Source of the DNA: Cyanobacteriota bacterium
Lineage (GTDB): Bacteria; Cyanobacteriota; Cyanobacteriia; PCC-6307; Cyanobiaceae
Assembly: GCA_046340755.1 (NCBI GenBank)
Contig: JBKDSY010000065.1
Location: forward strand, 3,633 to 67,632
Direction: 5' to 3'
DNA length: 64,000 bases
Each line of letters starts with the position of its first letter. The first letter of the stretch is position 1. Positions 51,230 through 59,750 of this stretch are shown here, in pieces. The position numbers and the translations under genes are program-made. The notes under the pieces are model-generated. The model was not told the origin of the DNA, did not search any database, and saw only the letters and a program-made list of their open reading frames with translations.

Positions 51230-51618
51230 CGCGGCTGCTGCTCGACACCCATGTGCTGCTGTGGTGGCTGAACGACGATCCACGTCTGCCGGAGACCGTG
51301 GTGCAGCGGGTGCGGGCGCCGGAGGCGGAGGTATTTGTGAGCCAGGCCTCGCTGTGGGAGATGGCGATCAAGGTGTCGATCGGCCGGCTGGTGGTGGATC
51401 TGCAGGACCTGGAGCGCCAAGTGCCGCGGCAGGGGTTCCGTTGGCTGCAAGTCAGCAACGCCCACCTGCTGGCCGTGGCGAACCTGGAAACCGCTGGCCT
51501 TCACCGGGATCCCTTTGATCGCCTGCTGGTGTGCCAGAGCCGGGTGGAGCCGATGCTGTTGCTGAGTGTGGATCGCCAACTGCGGAGCTACGGCAACACG
51601 GTGATTGTTGTGGCGTAA
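51226..51618 (+). CDS. vapC: PIN-domain (VapC) toxin
   Basis: LLLDTHVLLWW, SLWEMAIK, HRDPFDRLL; GTGA overlap with the antitoxin. Confidence 0.92.
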   Translation: MTRLLLDTHVLLWWLNDDPRLPETVVQRVRAPEAEVFVSQASLWEMAIKVSIGRLVVDLQDLERQVPRQGFRWLQVSNAHLLAVANLETAGLHRDPFDRLLVCQSRVEPMLLLSVDRQLRSYGNTVIVVA

Positions 51619-51899
51619 GGAGAAACCCAAGGACGTTGGTTGAACCGCAGGCTGAAACGCAATGAGACGTGCCTGGATTGGCAGACGGACCGGCGGCCGC
51701 GAGCGAATTTCCACGACCACTCCGTTGCCATTCGACAACCCGATCAACCGTTCCAGCAGGTGTGATGTCTTGCCAAGGCTCCAGGGAACCGGCCTGCCCA
51801 ACAATCCAACTGGCGACTGGGGCTGGGGCCATCTCCCTTAACGGATACCATCATCTCTTGCCCAGCTCCCGCGTCCACTCGTTCCGCCGCATCGGCTCA

Positions 51900-53198
51900 G
51901 TGACCATCCAGCCAACGTCAGCAGGGGAGACAGAGACCACCACGTTGCCCGGGGTACCGGGCCAGCCGCTTCACCCACCGCTGGCGCTGGAGGGGCCGCC
52001 GCCGCCGCCGCCACTCGGCGACACTCCCGCGGCGTTGCCCAAGGCCACTTCTGAGGCTCTTCCCGGAATCGTGGAGGAACTGCAGACCTGCCTGGCCACC
52101 CCCAGCCCCCTGTTCCTCGGCCAGGCGATCGAAGCAGAGTTGGTGCAGACTCTGGCCGCCCATGAGTTCGACACCCTGTTCCTGTTCAGCGAGCCGCGGG
52201 TGTTCGCCGTCCATGGCCAGCCTCTGCTAGATCGCCTGCGGCACGGCCAGCGCTGTGTGCTTCAACTGGTGGGAACGGGGGAGAGCTGCAAGCGCTTTGC
52301 CAGCCTGGAGGGGGTGCTGGAAGGATTGATCGCCGCGGGAGCCAGCAAGCGCTCGCTCCTGATCGCCTTTGGCGGTGGCGCGGTGGGCAATCTGGTGGGA
52401 CTGGCGGCGGCCCTGCTGTTTCGCGGCGTGCGCTACATCGAGATCCCCACCACCATGACGGGGCAGACCGACAGCGTGTTGAGCAACAAGCAGGCGATCA
52501 ACGGCCGATACGGCAAAAACCTGTTTGGTCTTTATCACGCGCCACTGTTCATCTGGGTCGACACCCACTACCTGCTGAGTGAACCGCTGGCCTCCTGCCG
52601 GAGCGGCATCGTGGAGGGCATAAAGAATGGCTTCATCGCCGATCCGCCCTTTCTTGCCTACCTGGAGAGCGTTCTGGAACCCGAGCATCGCTACAGCGCC
52701 AACCAGCGCCATGGGCTGGTGAGGCGCCTGATCCTCTCCAAGCTGCCGATTCTGCGCCGCGATCCATCCGAAAAGGGCTACGGCATCATCTTGGAATACG
52801 GCCACACCTTCGGCCATGGGCTGGAGTTTCTGCTGGGTGGCCGGATGCAGCATGGTGAAGCAGTGGCTTACGGCATGCGCATCGCCGCGCGGCTGGCCCA
52901 TCGCCTCGGGCTGATCAACGCTGCGCTGGTGGACCGGCACGATCAGCTCATTGTTCAGCGGCTGGGCTTCGCAGCACCATGGCCTGAGTCGGTGCGGGCC
53001 AACGATTTGCTCAACGCCATGGCGTCGGACAACAAGAAAACGGGGCGGGAGTTGCGCTATGTGTTGCTGGAAGGGCTCGGCCACTGCGCCAATCCGGAGG
53101 GCGATTGGATGATGAAGGTTGAGGATGGCTTGGTGCTGGAGGTGTTGGAAGCGTTCATTGCCGAGATTGGCGTCAGGGAGGCGACGACTCCATGCTGA
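51900..53198 (+). CDS. 2-deoxy-scyllo-inosose synthase-like sugar phosphate cyclase (BtrC-like); start uncertain
   Basis: EFDTLFLFSE, GGGAVGNLVG, DSVLSNKQAIN, GKNLFGLY, VEGIKN, EKGYGIILEYGHTFGH, HGEAV. These match BtrC-type motifs as I recall them, not AroB (GD, DSSVGGK, LNFGH). Confidence 0.8.
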   Translation: MTIQPTSAGETETTTLPGVPGQPLHPPLALEGPPPPPPLGDTPAALPKATSEALPGIVEELQTCLATPSPLFLGQAIEAELVQTLAAHEFDTLFLFSEPRVFAVHGQPLLDRLRHGQRCVLQLVGTGESCKRFASLEGVLEGLIAAGASKRSLLIAFGGGAVGNLVGLAAALLFRGVRYIEIPTTMTGQTDSVLSNKQAINGRYGKNLFGLYHAPLFIWVDTHYLLSEPLASCRSGIVEGIKNGFIADPPFLAYLESVLEPEHRYSANQRHGLVRRLILSKLPILRRDPSEKGYGIILEYGHTFGHGLEFLLGGRMQHGEAVAYGMRIAARLAHRLGLINAALVDRHDQLIVQRLGFAAPWPESVRANDLLNAMASDNKKTGRELRYVLLEGLGHCANPEGDWMMKVEDGLVLEVLEAFIAEIGVREATTPC

Positions 53199-54304
53199 GC
53201 GGCGCCCTGGGCCTGGTTCTGGCCGCCGCACCGCCCGCACTGCCGGTGCCGCCCAGAGTGCCCGCACCCGCGGCTTCGCTGCCGGAGACGATTCGCAGTT
53301 TCACGATCACCTGCCTGGCCAAGGCGCGTGCGGGGCTGAACGCCTTCGGGGGCATCGGCGGGGTGACCTACGAACGGAGCCATGATCGCTGGTGGATGGC
53401 CTCAGAAGGCCTGCCCTTGCTCTTTCCGGTGACCGTTGATCCGCGCTCCCCCGATCCTCGGCCGCGCATCGGCACACCACTCACCCTCCATGGCGATCCC
53501 CGCGGGGAAACGTTCAAAAAGGTGGAAGCCCTCGCCCTCTGCCACGATCGTTTCTTCATCGGCACGGAAGCCGTGATGGCCAGCGATCTCCCCAGTGGCA
53601 GGGAGCAGGATCTGAGGGTGGTCATCGCTGACCGGCTGGCGCGTGTCACGGGGGAGTTGGCTCTGCCCGCCCATGTGCAGCGGCTCCGCCCGGGGATTGG
53701 ATCCCATCTCTACCGCGGCATCCAGGGCCTCTCCTGCAGCCCCGATGGCCATCAGCTCCTGGTGAGCCTGCAGCGGCCCCTGCAACAAGATGGCGCCGTG
53801 TCTATGAGCCGCCAGCTGCTCTACCGCTTGCACCCAGACCGCCAGACCTTCGTGCTCGAGCGGGAGTTTCTGTTGCCCCTCACCCACCAGCTCGGTCTGA
53901 TGGACAGCGTGTTGCTGGGGAACGGCGACGGGTTGATGCTGCAGAACGAGGTCAAGCCGCGCCAGCGCAACACCCTCTCCCACTTTCGTCTTGACGGGGG
54001 CGAAGACAGCGGCGGCTGCGTCTCCCTGCTGGATTGCCCAGCCCGCCCAGCGGCCGCCACCGTGGTGCTGGATCACATCGAGCGCCAGGCCGGTGTGGAT
54101 CTGGCTGCCAACGAGGTGCAATACGACGCCGCCGCCCTGGGCCCCACCCTGGCGGATGGCCGCCGTGTCGTGCTCCTCGTCAATGACGACGACCATTGCG
54201 GCACCCTCACCAGCCCCAACGCCACCATCGCGCCCGGCTTCGCGGGCACCACCTTCACCCGTGTTCTTCTCCCCCCCGCGCCCCCCGAGGGAGGTGGGCC
54301 ATGA
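53192..54304 (+). CDS. Secreted phytase-like/esterase-like beta-propeller protein
   Basis: Signal peptide; FGGIGGVTY, VEALAL, IQGLS, ALGPTLADGRRVVLLVNDDD resemble the phytase-like family. Confidence 0.7.
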   Translation: MLSGALGLVLAAAPPALPVPPRVPAPAASLPETIRSFTITCLAKARAGLNAFGGIGGVTYERSHDRWWMASEGLPLLFPVTVDPRSPDPRPRIGTPLTLHGDPRGETFKKVEALALCHDRFFIGTEAVMASDLPSGREQDLRVVIADRLARVTGELALPAHVQRLRPGIGSHLYRGIQGLSCSPDGHQLLVSLQRPLQQDGAVSMSRQLLYRLHPDRQTFVLEREFLLPLTHQLGLMDSVLLGNGDGLMLQNEVKPRQRNTLSHFRLDGGEDSGGCVSLLDCPARPAAATVVLDHIERQAGVDLAANEVQYDAAALGPTLADGRRVVLLVNDDDHCGTLTSPNATIAPGFAGTTFTRVLLPPAPPEGGGP

Positions 54305-55104
54305 CCCAGCCGGTCCAGTCCCCAACACCCGATCCACCCTTCCCCCTTTATCAGGATTTGCGCGGGCGCGGGGTGGTGATCACCGGGGGCGCCGCGGGCA
54401 TCGGCGCGGCCCTCTGTGAGGCGTTTGTGGGTCAGGGCGCGCGGGTGATCAGCCTGGATCGGGACACGGAGGGCCATCGGCGCCTGATGGAGCGTTGCGC
54501 CGAGGGGCCCGGTGCGCTGGAGGGGCTGGAGGTGGATCTCTGTGATGGCACCGCCCTGGTGCGCACGTTGGCTCAGGTGCGCGAACGATTGCCGGAGCTG
54601 CGCGTGGTGATCGCCAATGCCGGCTACGACCCTCGCCACGACGGCCTGGCGATGGAGGAGCGCCAATGGAACGAACTCTTTCAGCTCAACGTCACCCACG
54701 CCTTTCTCACCTGCCGCGAACTCCTGCCCCAACTGGTCGCCAATGGCGGCGGCAGTGTGATCCTCACCACCAGCCACACCGCCTGGATCGCCAAGCCCGA
54801 ACTGATCGCCTACAACAGCACCAAGGCGGCGCTGGTGGGTCTCACCCGTGGCCTGGCGGAGGCCTATGGAGGCCAGGGCATTCGGGTGAATGCCGTCGCG
54901 CCGGGCTGGACGATGACCGAACGACAGTTGCGCCAATGGGTGACGCCGGAGGCTCTCGATGAGACCGTGCATCGCCTGCAGGCCATGCCCCTCACCCTCA
55001 CCCCCGAGCTGATCGCCCAACCGTTTCTGTTCCTCGCCAGCGATGCCTCCCTGGCCCTCACGCGCCAGGTGTTGATCGCCGACGCGGGTCAAACCAAGAT
55101 CTGA
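54301..55104 (+). CDS. SDR-family NAD(P)-dependent oxidoreductase (aldose-dehydrogenase-like)
   Basis: ITGGAAGIG, NAGYDPRH, YNSTK, GIRVNAVAPGWTMTERQLRQW; resembles Caulobacter XylB-type SDRs. Confidence 0.9.
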   Translation: MTQPVQSPTPDPPFPLYQDLRGRGVVITGGAAGIGAALCEAFVGQGARVISLDRDTEGHRRLMERCAEGPGALEGLEVDLCDGTALVRTLAQVRERLPELRVVIANAGYDPRHDGLAMEERQWNELFQLNVTHAFLTCRELLPQLVANGGGSVILTTSHTAWIAKPELIAYNSTKAALVGLTRGLAEAYGGQGIRVNAVAPGWTMTERQLRQWVTPEALDETVHRLQAMPLTLTPELIAQPFLFLASDASLALTRQVLIADAGQTKI

Positions 55105-55110
55105 GGCGCC

Positions 55111-55953
55111 ATGGCGGATGACATCGGCCTCTGCACCTGGATCTTCGGCCACCAACGCCACCCGGAGATCGCGGCGGTGGCGGCTGACCTGGGCTGCGCG
55201 GGGGTGGAGCTGCACGTGCCGCTGGACGTCTGGCCCGCCGCCGAGTGGCGACACCTCTACCGCTCCTTCGGATTGCGCATCCTCTCGCTGACGCCGGAGA
55301 ATGTCGATTTGGCCCATCCCCATCCGCGCGAACGGGAGCGGGCGGCGCACTACTACAGCCGTCTGATCGCTTTTGCCGCGGAGCTGGAGGCGCCAGCGAT
55401 CACGATCCACGAGTATGTGGGACGCGGCGCGGCGCCTGATGGCCAGCAGCCGGAATGGGAGCGGTTGCTGGTGGCTTGCCGGCGGCTGGTGCCCTTGGCG
55501 GAGGAGCGGCGGGTGGATCTGCTGTTGGAGCCCCTCCGGCCGCCCCTGGTGAGTCAGATCCAGCGGGCCGCCGATGCCGTGCGGCTCTCTGAGGCGGTGG
55601 GGTCGGAGCGGTTGCGCATCGTGCTCGACACCTTCCACATGGAAGCCGCCGAGGCGAATCCAGGCGGCGCGATTCGCCTCTGCGCGGACCGGCTGGGGGC
55701 GGTGCAACTGGCAGACCGCCAGCGGCGGGGGCTGGGGCTTGGCGGCATGGAGCTCCAGCCTTATTGGGACGCCTTTGCCGCCATCGGCTTTCGCGGCCCC
55801 TGGATCCTGGAATGCGCCGCGGGCCTGAGCGGCCCCTCCCTGCAACACCGTGACGTCGACCTGACCCTGTTGCGGGGGGAGCTGGAGAGCAGTCTGGTTG
55901 TGCTGCGCCGCCATCTGGTGTTGCCACCGCCGGTTTCGGATGGACCGGTCTGA
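55111..55953 (+). CDS. Sugar phosphate isomerase/epimerase (ketose 3-epimerase/IolI-like TIM barrel)
   Basis: LLLEPL, VLDTFHM, VQLAD..R, WILEC. Confidence 0.85.
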   Translation: MADDIGLCTWIFGHQRHPEIAAVAADLGCAGVELHVPLDVWPAAEWRHLYRSFGLRILSLTPENVDLAHPHPRERERAAHYYSRLIAFAAELEAPAITIHEYVGRGAAPDGQQPEWERLLVACRRLVPLAEERRVDLLLEPLRPPLVSQIQRAADAVRLSEAVGSERLRIVLDTFHMEAAEANPGGAIRLCADRLGAVQLADRQRRGLGLGGMELQPYWDAFAAIGFRGPWILECAAGLSGPSLQHRDVDLTLLRGELESSLVVLRRHLVLPPPVSDGPV

Positions 55954-55979
55954 GGGGCGAGACGGAGGAGGGGCTGGAA

Positions 55980-56816
55980 TCAACCAGGCCGCAGCTGACC
56001 CTGCCACCCCTGCCAGAGCAGGAGCGCCCCGCTGAGCAGCAGGGCGCCGCTGAACACCGCGTACACCCCCTCCTTGGAGGTGTTGCGCAAGAAGCGCTGT
56101 CCGAGCACGATCCCGATCGGCGTGAGCGGCAGGAACAGCAGGGAGAGTCGTAGTGCGGGCAGATCCAGCTGCCCCGTGGCCACGAAGGGCAGCACCTTGC
56201 TGGTGTTCAGGCAGGCAAACAACCAGGCCTGGGTGCCGGCCAGCAGTCGTGGCTCCAGCCGCTGCCCCATCAGGTGCACCATCACGGGCGGTCCGCCGGC
56301 GTGAACGAGCATGCTGGTGAAGCCCGCCAGCGCCCCCCACAGCCTGCCGATGCCATCTCCTGATCTCCGCGGCAGCGGCTGTGGCGAGGGGGGATTGGCG
56401 ACCATGGGCCGACGCAGCCAGCGCAGCAGCACGAACCCCAGGCAGATCACGCCAATCAGAATGCGCAGCCCGTCGTCCGAGAGCCAGCGGCCGACAAGGG
56501 CGGCCGCCACCATGCCCAGCAGGGCTGGGGGCAGCAGCAGTCGCAGCTGATGGCGATCGAAACAGCCGCGGAAGCTGACCAGGGCCAGCGCATCCAGCAC
56601 GAGCAGCAGCGGCAGCAGGATCGCCGCCGCCTGAAAGGGCGGCAGCACCAGGCTCATCAACGGCACGCAGATGGCGCTCAGCGGTGCCCCGGCGCCCCCC
56701 TTGGCAAAGCCATACACCAACACGGCGAGGCTGATGACAAGGATCTGGGCCGGGCTGAGCGCCGTTAGGGCAGAGGGGAGCAAACCAGCAGCGTGGTGGG
56801 CCTGCTGATCCTGCAT
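55980..56816 (-). CDS. TauE/SafE-family exporter
   Basis: YGFAKGGAG, AAAILLPLLLVLD, GFTSMLVHAGGPP; about 8 TM helices. Confidence 0.85.
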   Translation of the reverse strand: MQDQQAHHAAGLLPSALTALSPAQILVISLAVLVYGFAKGGAGAPLSAICVPLMSLVLPPFQAAAILLPLLLVLDALALVSFRGCFDRHQLRLLLPPALLGMVAAALVGRWLSDDGLRILIGVICLGFVLLRWLRRPMVANPPSPQPLPRRSGDGIGRLWGALAGFTSMLVHAGGPPVMVHLMGQRLEPRLLAGTQAWLFACLNTSKVLPFVATGQLDLPALRLSLLFLPLTPIGIVLGQRFLRNTSKEGVYAVFSGALLLSGALLLWQGWQGQLRPG

Positions 56817-56997
56817 GATCGAGGGGCAGGCGGGGATCGCGGCGGATCAGGCGCGTCTCCACGGCTGCCGGGTTTAGGAAGGACTGCCAGACCCCGCCTT
56901 GGTCGCAGAGCCTTGACGTTGCGCCCTGGAGCGGATAGGCCGAGATGGAGCCGGCAGCGTGGTTCGTAGCGCCGGTCGCTCGCTGGCGCCAGGATCT

Positions 56998-57828
56998 TCA
57001 GGCTGAGCTTGGCTGCGGCAGGACGGACTGCAGGAGGCCCTGTTGGATCAGGCGTTCGAAATGATCCCAGACATCATCGGCATGGGCGGGGCTGCTGAGA
57101 TGGAGGCCCAGCTCGAAGTTGGAGAGCTGAGCGGCATCCGTCAGGTTGGCGCTGGTGACGAGCAACTCTTGATCGGCTACCACCGCCTTGACGTGACAAA
57201 CAGCTTTCTCCCGTTCAAGCGATAGGGAACGGGGGTCGAAGAACACCGCAGGAGCAGGCGGTTCAGGCCAAAGGCGTGACCAGGTTTGATGTTGAAACTT
57301 ACGGATCAAGGCCTCAGGGCTTGAGGTGTCGCCACGATCCCGGTGGATGTTGCAGACCATCCGCACGTGCAACGTCGGGTGCGCCACCATGCGCTCCCGG
57401 ATCAGCTGAAACAACTCTTGGATGAAGGGCCCGTTGTAGAAGGCGTAGGTGGTGAGCAGCAGGCGCTGCTCGGCCCGCTCCACCAACTGACGAATCAGCA
57501 CCGACTGATCGCGGGTGACCGACCCTGCTCCTGCATCCGGGCCTGACCACACCAGTTCGATCGACCGTGCTGCCATGTCACTGCGTCGCTGATCCAAGAG
57601 GGCCTGAAGGGACAGGAGCAGGGCCTCTCTGCTGCCGCCTGAGGCACGCCAGTGCACCAGCCAGGCATCCAGGGAACCGGGGCCGGTCGCCAGACCGATT
57701 CGGGCCAGGAAGGCTGGAGGATCAGCCAGGTCGGCCGCGAGAGAACCGGAATCGCCGCGGTGGGAATCCAGCGCCGCCAACAGGGTTTCCAGCTCAGCGG
57801 TGCTCAGATTGGGGAAGGCCGCAGCCAT
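56998..57828 (-). CDS. drmC: DISARM phospholipase D-family nuclease DrmC
   Basis: ELVWSGP, HVKAVVAD (HxKxxxxD), TSANLT, NFELG; directly after drmB. Confidence 0.88.
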   Translation of the reverse strand: MAAAFPNLSTAELETLLAALDSHRGDSGSLAADLADPPAFLARIGLATGPGSLDAWLVHWRASGGSREALLLSLQALLDQRRSDMAARSIELVWSGPDAGAGSVTRDQSVLIRQLVERAEQRLLLTTYAFYNGPFIQELFQLIRERMVAHPTLHVRMVCNIHRDRGDTSSPEALIRKFQHQTWSRLWPEPPAPAVFFDPRSLSLEREKAVCHVKAVVADQELLVTSANLTDAAQLSNFELGLHLSSPAHADDVWDHFERLIQQGLLQSVLPQPSSA

Positions 57829-59750
57829 CAGGGGGCGTCCGTGAAGAAGGCTGCGTCCTGCTGGATCAGGGTGGGAACGACAAGAGCGCGATCGAGAAAC
57901 TCATTGCGGCGTTCACAGCTGGTTTCAGCGATCAGCAGACAGCCATGGCAGGCGGCGCCGTGGGAGTAACGCTTCTCCAGTTCGCTGTTGGGGTCGTGGC
58001 TGGCGCAGAAGGGGTCGTTGGAGCAGAGGGAGGCTCGCTCCAGCGCCATCGCCAGCAGTTCATCAATGCGATCAGCCATGCCCACCAGGCCACCGAGCGA
58101 GCCCTCCGAACCGCTGCCTCCGGTATAGAGAAGGATACCGTAACCAATGTCATCGAAGGCGTAAATGCGCTCCTTGATCGCCGAGGCGCCATAGCCGCAA
58201 TCAAGTGCAGCCTCGGTGATCAGCAGGTGGGCGAGGCTATGGAGCATCAGGTAGGCGCCCCCAGGCCACTGAAACTTCTCCTCAGTGAGACCATGTTCCT
58301 TATTCCAGATCTTGAAAGCCTCACGGTGTTTGGAGAGGTGCTGAGCAGCTCCGTCACTCTTGAGCCAGCTGCGGATGGCCTCTGGATCGAAGCCAAGGAA
58401 GAGGCCTTCACCGAGATTTTCCACGGCCGGCAGCCAGGTTTCTTCTTTCACATCGATCTTCGCTCGCTTCACCCCAAGATCGAGGGGATCACCATCGATC
58501 TGGCTCACCACAGGCTCCAGGCGGGTGAAGCCCAGGAGGGCCATCACTTCCCGCAACTGGTGCACCTTTAACACTCGGTTGACGCGCTGCCGGAACCAGG
58601 CTGGTTTGGCTGCCAGATCAAGCTGTTCTGCTTCAAAGCGGCTGTTGCCTGTGCCGCGCGGCAGCCCATCGATGGGGCCGACCAAGGCGCGCAGTTCCTG
58701 TCGCTTGAGGGCCTCGGTCTTCTCCGGCGCAGCTTCACCCCCACGGATGGCTTCGAGAGCTGCGAAGATCTCAGCGGGGGCTGCACCAGCGAGAGGATCC
58801 TTGATGTGGTCGGGCGCGAAGTCCTCGAGCCAGACTTCGAGTTTGGCAGCACTGGTGATCTTCTCGAACGCCTTGAGGTGCTTGCTGATCACCTCCCGCA
58901 CCGCATCGATCGGTTGGGGAATGGAGATCGCCGAGATTAGCTCGGGGAAGTAGGCATTGCTGGCGGACCTCACCAGCAGGCGATTGGCGTAGCTGCCGCC
59001 CTTGCCCTTGCCGTTGTCGCAGGCCTCCTGGCCGAACGGACCCAGCCAGGGCCGATGCCCCTGGCAGAAACCCAGGGCTGGTCTTTCGTCTTCCTCGCCT
59101 CTGAGTTTCTGCTTGGCCTCAGAGAGCTGTCTGCGTCCCTTCTCTTCCATGCACTTTGGGTTGGAGCAGCGCACAAAGATCTCGGTGAAGTCGTTGCCAG
59201 CCCCGGCCTCATCCAGCCAGAGGGTGGCCCGGCAGGTGGTTTTGCCGCGGTGCACGAACTCCCGCCAGTCGATGTCGCTGAGATGGCCATTGGGGCAGGT
59301 CTGCACAAAGCGCACCGGCACGACGCGATGGGCCTTGCGATCGGCATCAACGAACTTGCGTTTGTCGAGGCGAGCGCCCTCCACCAGGGGGCGGCTGCGG
59401 TAGGTCTTGCCATCGAAGATCTCCGTTTTGTCCAGCTGGGCCACAAACCAGTTGGGGAACTCGGGGCTGCGGATGCCGCCGGGGCGGCTCAGGCCGCCCG
59501 GGCCAACATCGTGGATGGGCGGTTTGCGGAGGCGCAAGGAGCCCACATTGAGGCTCTGGCGAAGCTTGGCGATCAGCCGTGGTTCGTCGATCTCCTCGGG
59601 AGGCTGATCAGGGCCGTACATCCAGAGGTTGAGGCCCCCGATCACCACCGAGCAATCGGGCAGATCCACCATGGCGCCCGGGCCATGGGTGGTGATCAGC
59701 TGGCTATGGCGCACTTCCCCCTGGGGGCGCATGGACGGTTGAGGGGCCAT
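57828..59750 (-). CDS. drmB: DISARM DUF1998-domain protein DrmB
   Basis: VRHSQLITTHGPGAMVDL, MLHSLAHLL, CSNDPFC, AACHGC, ETSCE. Confidence 0.92.
   Translation of the reverse strand: MAPQPSMRPQGEVRHSQLITTHGPGAMVDLPDCSVVIGGLNLWMYGPDQPPEEIDEPRLIAKLRQSLNVGSLRLRKPPIHDVGPGGLSRPGGIRSPEFPNWFVAQLDKTEIFDGKTYRSRPLVEGARLDKRKFVDADRKAHRVVPVRFVQTCPNGHLSDIDWREFVHRGKTTCRATLWLDEAGAGNDFTEIFVRCSNPKCMEEKGRRQLSEAKQKLRGEEDERPALGFCQGHRPWLGPFGQEACDNGKGKGGSYANRLLVRSASNAYFPELISAISIPQPIDAVREVISKHLKAFEKITSAAKLEVWLEDFAPDHIKDPLAGAAPAEIFAALEAIRGGEAAPEKTEALKRQELRALVGPIDGLPRGTGNSRFEAEQLDLAAKPAWFRQRVNRVLKVHQLREVMALLGFTRLEPVVSQIDGDPLDLGVKRAKIDVKEETWLPAVENLGEGLFLGFDPEAIRSWLKSDGAAQHLSKHREAFKIWNKEHGLTEEKFQWPGGAYLMLHSLAHLLITEAALDCGYGASAIKERIYAFDDIGYGILLYTGGSGSEGSLGGLVGMADRIDELLAMALERASLCSNDPFCASHDPNSELEKRYSHGAACHGCLLIAETSCERRNEFLDRALVVPTLIQQDAAFFTDAP

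Noticed and set aside
51900-53198. aroB, or a mycosporine (DDGS/EEVS) gene cluster
   Set aside because: Diagnostic motifs fit DOI synthase, and no O-methyltransferase or ATP-grasp ligase is adjacent.
51900-56816. Complete aminoglycoside biosynthetic cluster
   Set aside because: No aminotransferase, glycosyltransferase or resistance gene in the window.
54073-56862. 929-aa minus-strand ORF
   Set aside because: Shadow of the SDR, epimerase and TauE genes.
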